A stretch of DNA of 32,544 nt, taken from assembly GCA_041170685.1 (NCBI GenBank), contig JBEDNI010000001.1:1-32544 (forward strand), in the 5' to 3' direction. This DNA is from Bacteroidota bacterium (GTDB taxonomy: Bacteria; Bacteroidota; Bacteroidia; NS11-12g; UBA955). The position numbers and the translations under genes were made by a program. Shown here piece after piece: positions 32,488 to 32,544 of this stretch (its first letter is position 1; each line of letters opens with the position of its first letter). The notes below the pieces were generated by a model. That model saw only the letters and a program-made list of their open reading frames with translations, made no database searches and had not been told where the DNA came from.

Positions 32488-32544
32488 TCTGCAAACATCT
32501 TAAGCAACTCATGGGCGTTGCCCACAGCAGCAGATCCGGCGGTG

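Noticed and set aside
32484-32544. An open minus-strand frame at the window's right edge (...TAGSAAVGNAHELLKMFAD*), which may be the 3' end of a convergent gene overlapping the rnhA stop
   Set aside because: Only 20 codons are visible and they carry no recognisable motif. It cannot be supported as a feature.
1-32544. Looked for CRISPR arrays, tRNA/rRNA genes, transposases, integrases, phage genes, toxin-antitoxin pairs and known defence modules
   Set aside because: Intergenic space is too small for these: the largest gaps are ~295, ~120, ~89 and ~83 nt. I saw no direct-repeat/spacer periodicity and no cloverleaf-like sequences. None of the ORFs shows nuclease, ATPase, recombinase or RT signatures. 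The window looks like core chromosome rather than a mobile island.

Overview
This is a gene-dense chromosomal window (over 90% coding, mid-40s %GC by eye) that looks like phylum Bacteroidota. The evidence is four type IX secretion (T9SS) cargo genes, bacillithiol deacetylase BshB1, TAnnTTTG -7 promoter boxes, and signal peptides cleaved before Gln. I call 26 CDSs.

Most are housekeeping genes: ruvX, def, a UbiA prenyltransferase, DUF3109, purE, pssA, yicC, an M28-type glutaminyl cyclase, bshB1, scoB, a PASTA protein, ddl, pepA, pdxA, cinA and rnhA. Between them sit surface and secreted proteins: two with type A and two with type B T9SS C-terminal domains, one of them a 1374-aa SBBP/beta-propeller adhesin.

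I saw no rRNA, tRNA, CRISPR array, transposase, integrase or recognisable defence genes.

Three loci look most worth follow-up:
- A translationally coupled pair of paralogous secreted proteins (6942-10549). Each has an erythromycin-esterase/ChaN/Tiki-like N-domain and a beta-barrel-like C-terminus. One copy keeps the candidate catalytic His/Glu residues and the other has lost them.
- A tight four-gene operon (15405-20386) encoding a T9SS cargo protein, a rhodanese, an orphan secreted protein and a heptaheme cytochrome c fused to TPR repeats.
- An 899-aa ddl gene built from two complete but diverged D-Ala-D-Ala-ligase modules.

All homology statements come from motif recognition by eye. No searches were run.
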